This document shows, one piece after another, positions 39,437 through 50,017 of a stretch of 64,000 bases of DNA. The stretch comes from a bacterium. Its GTDB lineage: Bacteria > DRYD01. The notes beneath the pieces were generated by a model that was not told where the DNA came from, did not search any database, and was given only the letters and a program-made list of their open reading frames with translations. Location of the stretch: NCBI GenBank assembly GCA_039630415.1, contig JBCNVB010000002.1, forward strand, positions 1 to 64,000. The letters run 5' to 3'. The translations under genes were made by a program, and so were the position numbers. Numbering within the stretch: position 1 is the stretch's first letter; each line of letters opens with the position of its first letter.

Positions 39437-41245
39437 TTAACTCGTTTGAATAATTGATCTTACTTGAGAATATAAATCATTGGTATTTTGTTCTATTTCT
39501 TCTACTACTGGTTCTAAACTCAAAATCAACTCCTCTGTTTCTTCTGGACTTACTTGGTTATTAGCTAGCAGTGATGCTTTTTCTCTTAAAAATACCAAAT
39601 CATCGATTATTATATTTATTTTGTTCAGAATATCCTGAACGGTTTTATCTTTTTGGGCTTGATCTATTGACTCAATCGAAGATTTTATGTTTTCAAGTGA
39701 TAAAATAGAGTTATTAGTAAGATTAATCAATATTATAGCATATGAGCTTACTTCTTGTGTATTTATTGCTTTAGCTAGCTTGGAATATATGTTTTTTATG
39801 CCAGTTTTTTGTTCTCTCTGAGGTTTAATTAGTTTAGAACCACATTTTGAACAATAGTCATTTTCTGGATTTTCTTCATAACCGCACTGTATACACTTAA
39901 CTTTCTCTGACTCTAACAATAGTTTTTCTAATTTTATATACTCAGTTTTTATTTCAACTATTGTTGGCTCTATATCTGTTTCGAAATATTCTAAAACATC
40001 TATAAGATAATCCTTGTTTTGATCATGTAGATATTTGTCTATTAGATCTAGTAGGTGTTCAAATTTTTCTCTATTTTCAATCACTTTTCTGTCTATGGGT
40101 GTAAGGAATTCTGGATCTTGATTTTCCAGCTGGCTTATGATTGAAACTATACTATTGTGAAAGTCATGTAGTACCAATAGGCTTTGCTTTTCAGAATATA
40201 CATCTTTAATCAGCGTGTAGAAATTCTCAAAAAATCCAGTACCTTTCAACTTTTTGCTATCAATTTTTTTTGAAAGCTTTTGGAACTCTTGTGTTTTATC
40301 ATGCAACCAGTACAGCATTTGTGAAAAAGTTTGATCATCTATCTCTACTTTATCCGGATACTTTGATTCTACCTTTTGATATACATCCTCTATGTAATTC
40401 TGGATTTCTTGTATTTTGTAGTTGATTTCATTGAAAATTAAATCTTTCATATTTTTCCTGCATAAAACAACCTTATATAACTCCTGATACCAACTTTTTG
40501 ATGCATCAAAGGATGGTTTTATTCTCTTTTCATACAATTCCTTAAACGAGTTTATGTTAATCTCATTTTCATTCAGGTAGTATATATGCATGAAAAACTC
40601 AAACCATATATAGGAAGATGGAACAATCGTAAATATTCTATCTTTACATATAATGTAGTACTCGTAATCCTGCATTCTTGTTATGATTTCTGAAAGATTC
40701 TCATCTATTTCTTTTATGTTTTGCGTCGATTTACCATTTTTAAGATAATCTAAGATTTGTAAAATTTTATGTTTTGTATCTTCTCCAATGTAATCTCCTC
40801 TTATTTTTATAAAACTCTCCAAATACGATTGAATACTTTCAGCTACTTTTTGTTTTAAAACATTATAGTCCGAATTTGATAAAATGAAAATATCTAGAGT
40901 TTTAAAATCTTTTATCTTTTCTCTGCGCATGTTATTTATCGTATCATTGATAAAAGTAAATACAGATAGAACGGTATTATAGAAATCTTGTAACTCTTCT
41001 AGTGTATACTCTGATTGCTGAAGGTAATTCTTGAAATTATCAATTATAATTGATTCGTTCTGCCTATCCTTTGAATATTTTGCGATATAGATTTCTAGTA
41101 GCTCTGAAACTATTTCATCTTCAAAGGTTATTTCTTCAAGAGGTAAATTTAGTTTTTGGAATACTATATTATTTCCTAGTTTTCTTATTAGTTGGCTTAA
41201 GTTGTAGATGCTTGAATCTAAAATTTTTTCTGCTGTTGGAATCAT
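39437..41245 (-). CDS. Helical hypothetical protein with zinc ribbon
   Basis: 602-aa ORF, CIQCGYEENPENDYCSKCG, SD AAGGGGG. Confidence 0.75.
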   Translation of the reverse strand: MIPTAEKILDSSIYNLSQLIRKLGNNIVFQKLNLPLEEITFEDEIVSELLEIYIAKYSKDRQNESIIIDNFKNYLQQSEYTLEELQDFYNTVLSVFTFINDTINNMRREKIKDFKTLDIFILSNSDYNVLKQKVAESIQSYLESFIKIRGDYIGEDTKHKILQILDYLKNGKSTQNIKEIDENLSEIITRMQDYEYYIICKDRIFTIVPSSYIWFEFFMHIYYLNENEININSFKELYEKRIKPSFDASKSWYQELYKVVLCRKNMKDLIFNEINYKIQEIQNYIEDVYQKVESKYPDKVEIDDQTFSQMLYWLHDKTQEFQKLSKKIDSKKLKGTGFFENFYTLIKDVYSEKQSLLVLHDFHNSIVSIISQLENQDPEFLTPIDRKVIENREKFEHLLDLIDKYLHDQNKDYLIDVLEYFETDIEPTIVEIKTEYIKLEKLLLESEKVKCIQCGYEENPENDYCSKCGSKLIKPQREQKTGIKNIYSKLAKAINTQEVSSYAIILINLTNNSILSLENIKSSIESIDQAQKDKTVQDILNKINIIIDDLVFLREKASLLANNQVSPEETEELILSLEPVVEEIEQNTNDLYSQVRSIIQTS

Positions 41246-41261
41246 TATTTTATACCCCCTT

Positions 41262-41516
41262 TTATAGTAATTCTCTTACCTTTGCATATATTTCGGGGTA
41301 GTTGGATATCAAGTATTTTCTTATTTTTCTTCTTCTTGCATATAGTTTGAGAAGGGTTCTATGGGTTTGTTTGTCTTTACGATGTTTTTTGACATGTTCT
41401 TCTAAACTATTGATTTTTGCTGTTAGAAGTAGATATTGTACTCCCGCTGAACCCGTATCTTTTTCATGCATTTGTATTAGCTTTATTATTTGTTCTTTTT
41501 CTTCTTTTTTTAGCAT
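41262..41516 (-). CDS. rpsO: 30S ribosomal protein S15
   Basis: HEKDTGS..VQ..LLT..I..L..H...H.KD. Confidence 0.92.
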   Translation of the reverse strand: MLKKEEKEQIIKLIQMHEKDTGSAGVQYLLLTAKINSLEEHVKKHRKDKQTHRTLLKLYARRRKIRKYLISNYPEIYAKVRELL

Positions 41517-41552
41517 AATTTTCCCTCCTTTAAAGATTAGGGTTATACATAA

Positions 41553-41834
41553 TTACTCTCTTTTTAGAATTGGCGGTATTTTGAAATAGTTTTGCTCTCT
41601 TACTGAGTTCTGTTCTAGAAACTCCTCAAAATTAATAGGAGGATGTGTTTGCTCAAGATATTTGGTTTCTTTTAAATGATCATGATAGTAATAGTCTTCA
41701 AATTCAAGATTTATGCTTTGTATTTTTGTGAAAAATTCGATTATTTTTTGTATATCTTTAGTGATTATTTCTTTTTCTTGTGGATTTAAGTGTATGTGTG
41801 CTAATTCACACAGATGATCTATGTTGATGTCCAT
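41553..41834 (-). CDS. gatC: Asp/Glu-tRNA amidotransferase subunit C
   Basis: IDHLCELAHI.L..E, I..F...I, terminal YFKIPPIL. Confidence 0.75.
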   Translation of the reverse strand: MDINIDHLCELAHIHLNPQEKEIITKDIQKIIEFFTKIQSINLEFEDYYYHDHLKETKYLEQTHPPINFEEFLEQNSVREQNYFKIPPILKRE

Positions 41835-41844
41835 TATGGGTTTA

Positions 41845-41931
41845 TGCCGGGGGCCGGACTCGAACCGGCACGGAGGTTTTACCTCCGGGGGATTTTAAGT
41901 CCCCTGCGTCTACCTATTCCGCCACCCCGGC
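41845..41931 (-). tRNA. tRNA-Leu (UAA)
   Basis: GCCGGGG acceptor, GGGGA-CTTAAAA-TCCCC anticodon arm, long variable arm GGAGGT-AAA-ACCTCC, GGTTCGAGTCC; CCA not encoded. Confidence 0.97.
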
Positions 41932-41970
41932 TACTTATGCTTATATATTCTATATGCTTTGCTACCCCTC

Positions 41971-42846
41971 CTATATCAAACTAACCACTATCGGCGTAGA
42001 ACCATATGTTTCTAACACCAGCTTACTTGGAATACTCTCTTCAGGTATCTCAAAAACTATTGTACCAAAATTTATACCCATCGGCATTAGTATCTGTAAA
42101 ACATAACTACTCAAACCTTCTATGTAATCATACTTCATATTCTTGTTGTCAAATAATACAAATCTTCCAGTATATAGCTGAACTTTATTGGATAAATTCT
42201 GTTGCGATACACTTATTACCACAAACTTATGTCCGTCTTGGGCATTATACATTGATTTGTAAACTTTGGTTTCTTTCAAATCACTTACTGTTACCTTGTA
42301 TTCTTCGTTGAAAGCTGAACGTGGAATAAATACAACCTGGATACTCTGTTCAGGCGTCTTTATATTCTTATCCTCACCATCTTTTGATTTTTTATTGTTT
42401 TTATCTTCTATTAAAGGTATTTGATACTTCGAATCAGTATCTTTATTTTCTTGATTCTTTTCAACTTTTACTGTAACCTTAGATTCTCTTTCCTGATTAC
42501 CTGGTGGAAGTATTGTTATTGCCCTTGATAGCTGATTCCATTTTACCTGATAACCCAAAGGAGTTAGTATTTCCTTAATGGCAAGAAGCATTTGACCTTT
42601 ATAAATAGCTACTTTGGCATATATCCTTAAGTTGTCAATTATTACTACTTTTTCTGAACTATCCCACTTTATAGGTGAACCTATTATGTATGAAAGATCT
42701 TCTTTTGATAGGTAGGAAGTGTTGTTTATTATATACGCTTGAAATCTTTCTTGGTTATACTCTAGTCTTACTTTTTGAATACTTGCTAAGCATACATAAG
42801 TCACTAAGAAGACCGATATGACAAATGATAAGAACTTTGCAAACAT
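41971..42846 (-). CDS. Exported protein with stalk (amine-oxidase N-terminal-like) and DUF4352-like domains
   Basis: Signal peptide, LGYQVKWNQ..RAITI, GHKFVVISV...N.S, F.L.D.....Y, GTIVFEIPE. Confidence 0.65.
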   Translation of the reverse strand: MFAKFLSFVISVFLVTYVCLASIQKVRLEYNQERFQAYIINNTSYLSKEDLSYIIGSPIKWDSSEKVVIIDNLRIYAKVAIYKGQMLLAIKEILTPLGYQVKWNQLSRAITILPPGNQERESKVTVKVEKNQENKDTDSKYQIPLIEDKNNKKSKDGEDKNIKTPEQSIQVVFIPRSAFNEEYKVTVSDLKETKVYKSMYNAQDGHKFVVISVSQQNLSNKVQLYTGRFVLFDNKNMKYDYIEGLSSYVLQILMPMGINFGTIVFEIPEESIPSKLVLETYGSTPIVVSLI

Positions 42847-42977
42847 TTTTAAACACCCCCACCTATTTTTACCTTGTTAGTAAAATATTTCTATATCTTT
42901 TACTTTGCTACCTTCTTCCTAAAAGGAGAGTACTTTTGCGTGGAGAATAATTAAGCGATAGTGTTAGGAGGGAATAA

Positions 42978-44792
42978 ATGGATAAAGATGTAGAGCAAAT
43001 AAAGTCGATAATAGCTACTGATTGTGGATCCACAACAACAAAAGCAATACTAATAGAAAAGCAACCAACCGGTGAGTATAGGTTAGTAACTAGAGGTGAA
43101 GCTCCTACTACCGTAGAAGCACCACTAGAAGACGTCACCATAGGTGTTCTCAATGCCTTTAGAGAAGTACAAGAATTAAGAAATAAAAAGATTCTTACCG
43201 ATGACTATAAAGCTTTGATAAAACCCGATAGAGGAGATCAGGGTGTAGACATATATGTTTCAACTTCTTCTGCTGGTGGCGGTTTGCAAATGGTTGTAGC
43301 TGGTGTTGTTAAAGAAATGTCCGCAGAAAGTGCACAAAGAGCAGCTCTCGGAGGCGGTGCTATTGTACTTGACACCTTCGCTGTTAATGACGGAAGAAAA
43401 CCATTCGAAAGAATAGAAAAAATCAGAGAACTCAGACCAGATATAATACTTTTAAGCGGTGGAACCGAAGGTGGAACTATAAAACATGTCGTAGAAATGG
43501 CTCAAACCATCGCAGCAGCTAAACCCCAACCTAGGCTCGGTATAACCTTCCATCTACCTGTAATATACGCGGGTAACTCAAAAGCAAGGGAAGAAATAGA
43601 AAGAATACTGTCTAAGGTAGTTGAACTTAGAATAACTGATAACCTAAGACCAAGCTTGGATTATGAAAATCTACAACCAACAAGATTAATCATTCAGGAT
43701 ATATTCTTAGATCACGTAATGGCACAAGCTCCAGGTTATAAAAAACTAATGGAAATGGTAGATGCACCAATAATGCCAACTCCAGCTGCAGTCGGACTTA
43801 TTATGCAAAAAATAGCTAAAAAAAATAATATAAACCTCATCGGTGTAGATATTGGTGGTGCTACAACTGACGTATTCTCAGTTATTTACCAAAACGGTGA
43901 ATGGATTTTTAACAGAAGTGTTAGTGCAAACTATGGAATGAGCTATTCGATCGCTCAAGTTCTCAAAGATGCCGGAATTCAAAATGTTCTCAGATGGATC
44001 CCCTTCGATACAGATATCGTCCAGCTTAGAAACTCTATCAAAAACAAAATGATAAGACCTACTTCCATTCCTTATCTTCTAAAAGATTTAATGATAGAGC
44101 AAGCCATATGTAGAGAAGCACTTAGACTTTCTTTCGATCAGCATAAGTTACTAGCTGTTGGACTTAAGGGAAGACAAAAGGAAAGAAGTATATCAGATGC
44201 TTTTGCTCAGCAGGAAAGTGGCGAAAGTATAATAGATATGTTCGAGTTAGACATGATAGTTGGAAGTGGCGGGGTACTCTCTCATGCTCCTAAGAGAAAT
44301 CAATCTGCAATGATGATGATAGATGCTTTTCAACCTTATGGATTTACGTTACTAACTGTGGACAGCATATTCATGATGCCCCACTTGGGAGTACTTTCTA
44401 ACATACATGAAAGAGCAGCAACTGAAGTATTTGAAAAAGATTGTCTAATCTACTTGGGAACTTGTATTGCACCTGTAGGCAAAGAAAAGGATGGAGTAAA
44501 AATACTAGAAGCAGAAGTTATTGATCAAGATACAAATCAAACAACTAGCCTAACCCTACTCAGTGGACAAATAATCGTTGTACCTATCAAAAACAAAGCT
44601 ACCATAAACATTAAATACTTGCATAAAGGATTTAAGCTTTCAAAGGAAAAAATACAAACAAAGGAGGTTAGAGGAGGAGTAGTAGGCTTGATCTTTGACG
44701 GTAGAGGAAGACCCCTAACTCTACCTAAAAACGATACCGAAAGAAAGGAAAAATTAAATGAATGGTTTAAAAGTATAAACATGTATGATTAA
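42978..44792 (+). CDS. GlmL ('glutamate mutase L')-like actin-fold ATPase, putative B12-enzyme reactivase
   Basis: TDCGSTTTK, TSSAGGGL, LLSGGTEGG, MPTPAAV, VDIGGATTDVFS, GSGGVLSH, FDGRGRP. Confidence 0.85.
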   Translation: MDKDVEQIKSIIATDCGSTTTKAILIEKQPTGEYRLVTRGEAPTTVEAPLEDVTIGVLNAFREVQELRNKKILTDDYKALIKPDRGDQGVDIYVSTSSAGGGLQMVVAGVVKEMSAESAQRAALGGGAIVLDTFAVNDGRKPFERIEKIRELRPDIILLSGGTEGGTIKHVVEMAQTIAAAKPQPRLGITFHLPVIYAGNSKAREEIERILSKVVELRITDNLRPSLDYENLQPTRLIIQDIFLDHVMAQAPGYKKLMEMVDAPIMPTPAAVGLIMQKIAKKNNINLIGVDIGGATTDVFSVIYQNGEWIFNRSVSANYGMSYSIAQVLKDAGIQNVLRWIPFDTDIVQLRNSIKNKMIRPTSIPYLLKDLMIEQAICREALRLSFDQHKLLAVGLKGRQKERSISDAFAQQESGESIIDMFELDMIVGSGGVLSHAPKRNQSAMMMIDAFQPYGFTLLTVDSIFMMPHLGVLSNIHERAATEVFEKDCLIYLGTCIAPVGKEKDGVKILEAEVIDQDTNQTTSLTLLSGQIIVVPIKNKATINIKYLHKGFKLSKEKIQTKEVRGGVVGLIFDGRGRPLTLPKNDTERKEKLNEWFKSINMYD

Positions 44793-46305
44793 CCAAAATA
44801 AGGAAGAAAATAAAATAGAAACTCTAATATCTAGAGCTATTGAGACCAAACCCTACCCCCTTGAAGTACCTGAATTACAATTCTTCCAAAAATGGGATTA
44901 TTCTATATCGCTAGAAGATTCTTCGTTCATAAAACTCAAGGACTCATACGATCTTTTCATAGGTGGTAAATTTGTTAAACCTTCAAGTGGGAAATACTTT
45001 CCCACAATAAATCCTTCAAATGAGGAAGTAATAACTCATATTGCATATGCAACTGAAGAGGATGTAAACAAAGCAGTACAAGCAGCTCAAAAAGCTTATG
45101 AAAAATATTGGTCCAAAACTAAACCCAAAGATAGGGCAAAGTATCTGTTTAAAATAGCTAGGATTATCCAAGAAAGATCTAGAGAATTAGCTATACTAGA
45201 AACAATGGATAACGGAAAACCAATAAGAGAAACGAGAGATTTTGATGTCCCTCAAACTGCGCAGCACTTTTTCTACTACGCTGGATGGGCAGATAAACTA
45301 CACTACCTTCCCAGAAGCTCTCCAATAGGTGTAGTAGGACAGATAATACCCTGGAATTTCCCCTTATTAATGGCTGCATGGAAAATAGCTCCAGCTCTAG
45401 CATGTGGAAATACTGTCATTCTTAAACCCGCTGAAACTACCCCTCTTACTGCCCTAATCTTAGCAGAAATAATACAAGAAGCGGGTTTACCAGACGGAGT
45501 AGTCAATATCCTTCCAGGTGACGGATATACAGGTAGCTTAATAGTTAAACATCCAGAAATAAAAAAAATAGCTTTTACAGGCTCTACAGAAGTAGGAAAA
45601 TACATCTTAAAACAGGCAGGTAGAGATAAGAAAATAACCCTAGAGCTAGGAGGCAAAAACCCATTAATAATATTTGAAGATGCGCCAATAGACCAGGCAG
45701 TAGAGGCAATAATAAAAGGTATATATTTCAATCAGGGTCATGTTTGTTGTGCAGGTTCTAAACTATTGGTACAAGAATCAATACTCCCCACCGTAATTCA
45801 AAAACTTAAAGACAGGATAAAAACTATAAGGATAGGTAATCCACTTGATAAAAACACCGATATGGGAGCTATAAACTCACTTCAACAACTTCAAAAAATT
45901 AAAGGTTACGTTGAAATAGGTCTAAAAGAAGGTTACCCATTCTATCAAAAAGAATGTAAATTGCCTGAAAAAGGATATTGGTTCCCACCCTCGTTCTTTA
46001 CAAATGTACCTATAAATTCACCTATAGCAAGAGAGGAAATATTTGGTCCCGTACTAACAATCATTACCTTTAGGGATCCAGAAGAAGCATGTCAAAAGGC
46101 AAACAATACTCCATATGGCTTAGCTGCAGGAGTATGGACAAATAATCCCTCAAGATTGATGTATGTAAGTAAAAAAATAAAAGCTGGTGTTATTTGGGCA
46201 AATACCTACAATCAATTTGATCCTTCCTCTCCTTTTGGAGGCTATAAAGAAAGTGGTTTTGGCAGAGAAGGAGGACTTCATGGCTTACTTGAGTACCTCC
46301 AGTAA
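44785..46305 (+). CDS. NAD(P)-dependent aldehyde dehydrogenase
   Basis: IPWNFP, LKPAE, FTGSTEVG, LELGGKNP, QGHVCCAG, EEIFGPV, PFGGYKESG. Confidence 0.95.
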   Translation: MINQNKEENKIETLISRAIETKPYPLEVPELQFFQKWDYSISLEDSSFIKLKDSYDLFIGGKFVKPSSGKYFPTINPSNEEVITHIAYATEEDVNKAVQAAQKAYEKYWSKTKPKDRAKYLFKIARIIQERSRELAILETMDNGKPIRETRDFDVPQTAQHFFYYAGWADKLHYLPRSSPIGVVGQIIPWNFPLLMAAWKIAPALACGNTVILKPAETTPLTALILAEIIQEAGLPDGVVNILPGDGYTGSLIVKHPEIKKIAFTGSTEVGKYILKQAGRDKKITLELGGKNPLIIFEDAPIDQAVEAIIKGIYFNQGHVCCAGSKLLVQESILPTVIQKLKDRIKTIRIGNPLDKNTDMGAINSLQQLQKIKGYVEIGLKEGYPFYQKECKLPEKGYWFPPSFFTNVPINSPIAREEIFGPVLTIITFRDPEEACQKANNTPYGLAAGVWTNNPSRLMYVSKKIKAGVIWANTYNQFDPSSPFGGYKESGFGREGGLHGLLEYLQ

Positions 46306-47131
46306 AATCAAAATATACTCTAACACAATAGACGCGTTAGTTTTATTAAATTTCTTACATTCTACTTCTTCTCAGCAAAATGTTGAAGTGTATATTTCTA
46401 ACTCTTTACCAGAAATATCAATCATATCTGAAGAATGCTTAATTAAGTTGCAAATAGATCCACAACTGGCAATACTTACACCATATTACCTAACTCTCTG
46501 GAAATCAAAAATAACTCTAACCAGAAGGGATAAAAAATACTATATCTTACCTTCAGAAGTGATTCTTCAACAAAGATCGCACCAAAAAGTAGACAACTTA
46601 CCTACCCTAAACAACCTAATATCCGATGAACCAGAATCTATAAAACTAATATTCAATAGATACAAAAGTTCATACAAAACAACGGTTTACAAAACTATAC
46701 TATCAAGTAACATAAACCAAACGTTTGTAGAGGTCTGGCTTGATAATAAATTTCAAGCAACCGTAGTAAATCATTTATCACAAATGTACGTCTATTTGAT
46801 CGGATCAAACTTTACAGATCAAATAATACAGTACTATCAAGATTTATACATGGTCAACACTATAATAAATGCTACTAATGAAGAAGAGATAACCCCTTTC
46901 GAATACTCTAAGTATACCCCAACTACTCAAATGATTCAGTTTCTTGGTTATTGTAATGGTATATACAATCCTTTTAACATCATAGATATGGATTTCAAAG
47001 TAAAATATTATGAGCGATTATCATCAAGATTAAACGAGCCAATACCTACATTGTTAGAGCTAAAGCAAGAATTTTCCATAGACCTATCAAGGTTTCAAAG
47101 GGAGATAGAAAAAATAGTCTATTTGTTGTAA
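46280..47131 (+). CDS. Hypothetical protein
   Basis: ORF with SD AAGGAGG before ATG 46280, overlapping the ALDH end; no recognisable motif. Confidence 0.65.
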   Translation: MAYLSTSSKIKIYSNTIDALVLLNFLHSTSSQQNVEVYISNSLPEISIISEECLIKLQIDPQLAILTPYYLTLWKSKITLTRRDKKYYILPSEVILQQRSHQKVDNLPTLNNLISDEPESIKLIFNRYKSSYKTTVYKTILSSNINQTFVEVWLDNKFQATVVNHLSQMYVYLIGSNFTDQIIQYYQDLYMVNTIINATNEEEITPFEYSKYTPTTQMIQFLGYCNGIYNPFNIIDMDFKVKYYERLSSRLNEPIPTLLELKQEFSIDLSRFQREIEKIVYLL

Positions 47132-47144
47132 ATGAAGTATATAC

Positions 47145-48512
47145 ATGAAATCCATATCGGTAAAAGATTTTGTTTCGGAAGCTCTAGAAAATTTAAGTAC
47201 TGTAAAAATACCTCCAGTAAACCAAAAACTCTACAAAAGGGTTTTTGAAAGCAAAAAGGTCAACGTTACTTATTTGGTTTCTCATCAACCGATAGTTTAT
47301 ACACCGGGAGTTTTATCAAAATTTATCTATTGCCCTAAAGAGGGTAAGATAATATACAACGACGCTGATGAAGCAGTCTTTAAAATTTTTTCTCTGAATC
47401 TAAACCTTAATAAGACGATAGAAAAGATCTCTAAAGAAGATATACTGCAAATAAAACAATTTTTGAAATATGCTTATGAGTATTGCCTTAAAATACTGCC
47501 TCCAAAAAAAATTGAAAATTTTAGACTCTTTATTGAGATAGCTAATAAAACAAAAGAACAAAATTTTGTAGACTACTGGCATCAAGTAAACTCATCTTTT
47601 CTACAAACCTTTGGTATAAGTATTCCAAATGAATACAAAAAGGTATCAGAAATTGATGTATCTTCTTTGTTTGAGTGGTATATTGAAAATTATCAGGAGA
47701 TAAATGATCAATACAATGAAGCCATAAGGATATTCAAACAGAGGATGGGATTTTATCCGATAAAGGAAATATCTTCCAACGAAACCCCTTTTTGGACGTA
47801 TGAGGGAAACACAAGAAGAACGGTGTATGTAAACGAAAGGAATGTAAAATTAATTAGACCTAAGGCTGTTGCCTGGGCTTTAATAAGAAGATACAAAATC
47901 TACTCGAATGTAATTGATATTCTTGGAATAGGAAGCTCGTATTATACTTTTGTTTCAGACTATATAGCCGTAAATCAAGGGCATGTACCTCCGGAAACAC
48001 ACATAATATCACTAACCATACCACTTGAATCTTCCCAAACCATGTCCTCCTTAAGTAATTTAAAAAGTACGTTAAATGGACTAAAAAGTACGCTCAATCA
48101 CAACCCTGAAAACATACCAAAAATCTTTGAAAAACTAACCTCTTTGTCCTCAGGAGGCTGGGAACTACTTGATCAAGAAACACAAAAATTATCAGTTTCC
48201 ATAGATAATTTAAAACAAAAACTATCAAGTCAAGATTTATTCTCTCTCTTGGATCAAAAAAATCATATACTGCATGACCTAAATGATAGATCTAATAGAA
48301 AAATTAAAAAAGAGTTGACAAAGAAGCTATCTGAAATAAATCATTTAATCGTTAGCAAACTTGACAAGGAGATCAAGGATATTGAAGAGAGGCTGAAGAA
48401 CTTAGAAGATAAGATAGCTAAAATAAACGATGTATATCAAACAAGAGACTATCCCTACTTTATTCTTAGTCCCACTCAGATTCTTGAATTTATTCGAGAT
48501 TTGGAAGTATAG
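47145..48512 (+). CDS. Distant BshC-like protein
   Basis: SHQP..YTPGVLSK, D.D, LIRPKA, GIG...Y, long coiled coil then RDYPYF. Confidence 0.45.
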   Translation: MKSISVKDFVSEALENLSTVKIPPVNQKLYKRVFESKKVNVTYLVSHQPIVYTPGVLSKFIYCPKEGKIIYNDADEAVFKIFSLNLNLNKTIEKISKEDILQIKQFLKYAYEYCLKILPPKKIENFRLFIEIANKTKEQNFVDYWHQVNSSFLQTFGISIPNEYKKVSEIDVSSLFEWYIENYQEINDQYNEAIRIFKQRMGFYPIKEISSNETPFWTYEGNTRRTVYVNERNVKLIRPKAVAWALIRRYKIYSNVIDILGIGSSYYTFVSDYIAVNQGHVPPETHIISLTIPLESSQTMSSLSNLKSTLNGLKSTLNHNPENIPKIFEKLTSLSSGGWELLDQETQKLSVSIDNLKQKLSSQDLFSLLDQKNHILHDLNDRSNRKIKKELTKKLSEINHLIVSKLDKEIKDIEERLKNLEDKIAKINDVYQTRDYPYFILSPTQILEFIRDLEV

Positions 48513-48516
48513 CTAG

Positions 48517-50016
48517 ATGAGAAAAGTATTGGTTTGGATAGTAGTGATTGCATTAATTTTGATTGGACTCAAGGTTTATTGGGATTTTGTTAAAAAAGGG
48601 CATATTGTAGTAGCTCAAATAAAAGATGATTTATCTGAAGATAATTTGAATTATGTTGATGAGCCTTCGTGGTTAGTATACCAAGCTTTAAAGCTTCTTT
48701 CTCCTCCACTAATAGAATATAAAGCCAATTGCTATCCTTACTCTAAAATACTTTCCGAAATTCCTTCTAAAGAAAATAATCTAATGTTTCAGCAAGATCA
48801 AAAAACAGTTATCATTTTACTAAAAAAAAATCTAAAAATGTCAACTCCCATAAATGTTTTTATAACTCTAAGATTACTCAATTTGGATGTAATTTCAAAC
48901 AAGTGGGTGTATATAAACGTTGCGGAAGCTATAGATAGCGTACAAAAAATTGGTGATGAGGATGTAAGAATAACCTACAAAACTGCCTTATCATTACCTT
49001 ATTTTCCTTTCCCTATTCTATTCGATGGTTATGAACAGTATGAGCAAGAGATATTATCTTACAAAATTAATAAAAACTTTACTAAATTTCCCAGGTATTC
49101 TCAGTATGATCTACTAACATCACAATCAAATATCTTTGTAGTCTCGAGTAAAAAAACTAGGATAACGTTTAAGAATTATCTTAGTGTTGAAAATTTTCTC
49201 AAGGATCTACCTCAAATAGATCTGGCAAGAGTACCAACTAAACTGAAAATTTACATTTCAAGAAATTTACCACAAAACTACAAAATTATAACCCTACCTG
49301 ACAAAGAAATGTATTTTATATTTTTCAATCCCAATCTAAGCAAAGAAACTAGAATGAAGATATACTTAGCTTTCTTACAGGAACTACAAAAATATGATCT
49401 AAGAGATTACCAAATAACTACAAGCTACATATTACCCTATCATTTTGCTAGTTATAGTCTGAAATTACAAGAAAACATAAAAGTCGTCCAAAATAAACAA
49501 AATCAAAAGAAACAGGTGGAAGATTTAAAAGTTTTAATTGCGTACACAAAGTCAACGGGTAAAGAGGTATCTAGCCTTATATCTGAGATATTTACTAAGT
49601 ATTTGAATTCAGATACGGTGATAGTAAACTTAGAAAAGGAATTACCTAAAAGAAGTATATTTGGGTTTGAAGAAGAAAAACCTGAACCATTAATAAAGTA
49701 TGTAATCCAACCCTATAACTTTGACCTAATCATATCACCCATAACCTTTACCCCTTACATGAATTATTATCTGATATATTCCAAGCAAGGAAAATACAAT
49801 ATTTTCAGCGTGTCTAACAATAAAATAGAAGATCTTTTAAACCAAATAATGCAAGGATTCGATTCAAAACAGAAAGATTTACTTATTCAGCTTCAAAAAG
49901 AACTTGAAAAACAGTTTCTAATAGTTCCAATTATGATAAATACTCAAACATTCGTGCTAAACAAATCAGTTGAGGAAATAATTAAGGTAGGTCCTACAGG
50001 AATAGATATACCCTAA
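48517..50016 (+). CDS. Degenerate family-5 ABC substrate-binding-like protein
   Basis: N-terminal anchor, LSEIPSKEN, YFIFFNP, SNNKIEDLL...LQKEL....IVPI. Confidence 0.55.
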   Translation: MRKVLVWIVVIALILIGLKVYWDFVKKGHIVVAQIKDDLSEDNLNYVDEPSWLVYQALKLLSPPLIEYKANCYPYSKILSEIPSKENNLMFQQDQKTVIILLKKNLKMSTPINVFITLRLLNLDVISNKWVYINVAEAIDSVQKIGDEDVRITYKTALSLPYFPFPILFDGYEQYEQEILSYKINKNFTKFPRYSQYDLLTSQSNIFVVSSKKTRITFKNYLSVENFLKDLPQIDLARVPTKLKIYISRNLPQNYKIITLPDKEMYFIFFNPNLSKETRMKIYLAFLQELQKYDLRDYQITTSYILPYHFASYSLKLQENIKVVQNKQNQKKQVEDLKVLIAYTKSTGKEVSSLISEIFTKYLNSDTVIVNLEKELPKRSIFGFEEEKPEPLIKYVIQPYNFDLIISPITFTPYMNYYLIYSKQGKYNIFSVSNNKIEDLLNQIMQGFDSKQKDLLIQLQKELEKQFLIVPIMINTQTFVLNKSVEEIIKVGPTGIDIP

Positions 50017-50017
50017 A

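Noticed and set aside
36029..39453. Antisense ORFs over rnhB/ppdK and similar shadow ORFs throughout (e.g. 7416-7889, 21750-22256, 25600-26013, 45303-45731)
   Set aside because: Lie opposite well-supported conserved genes; composition mirrors sense-strand codon bias
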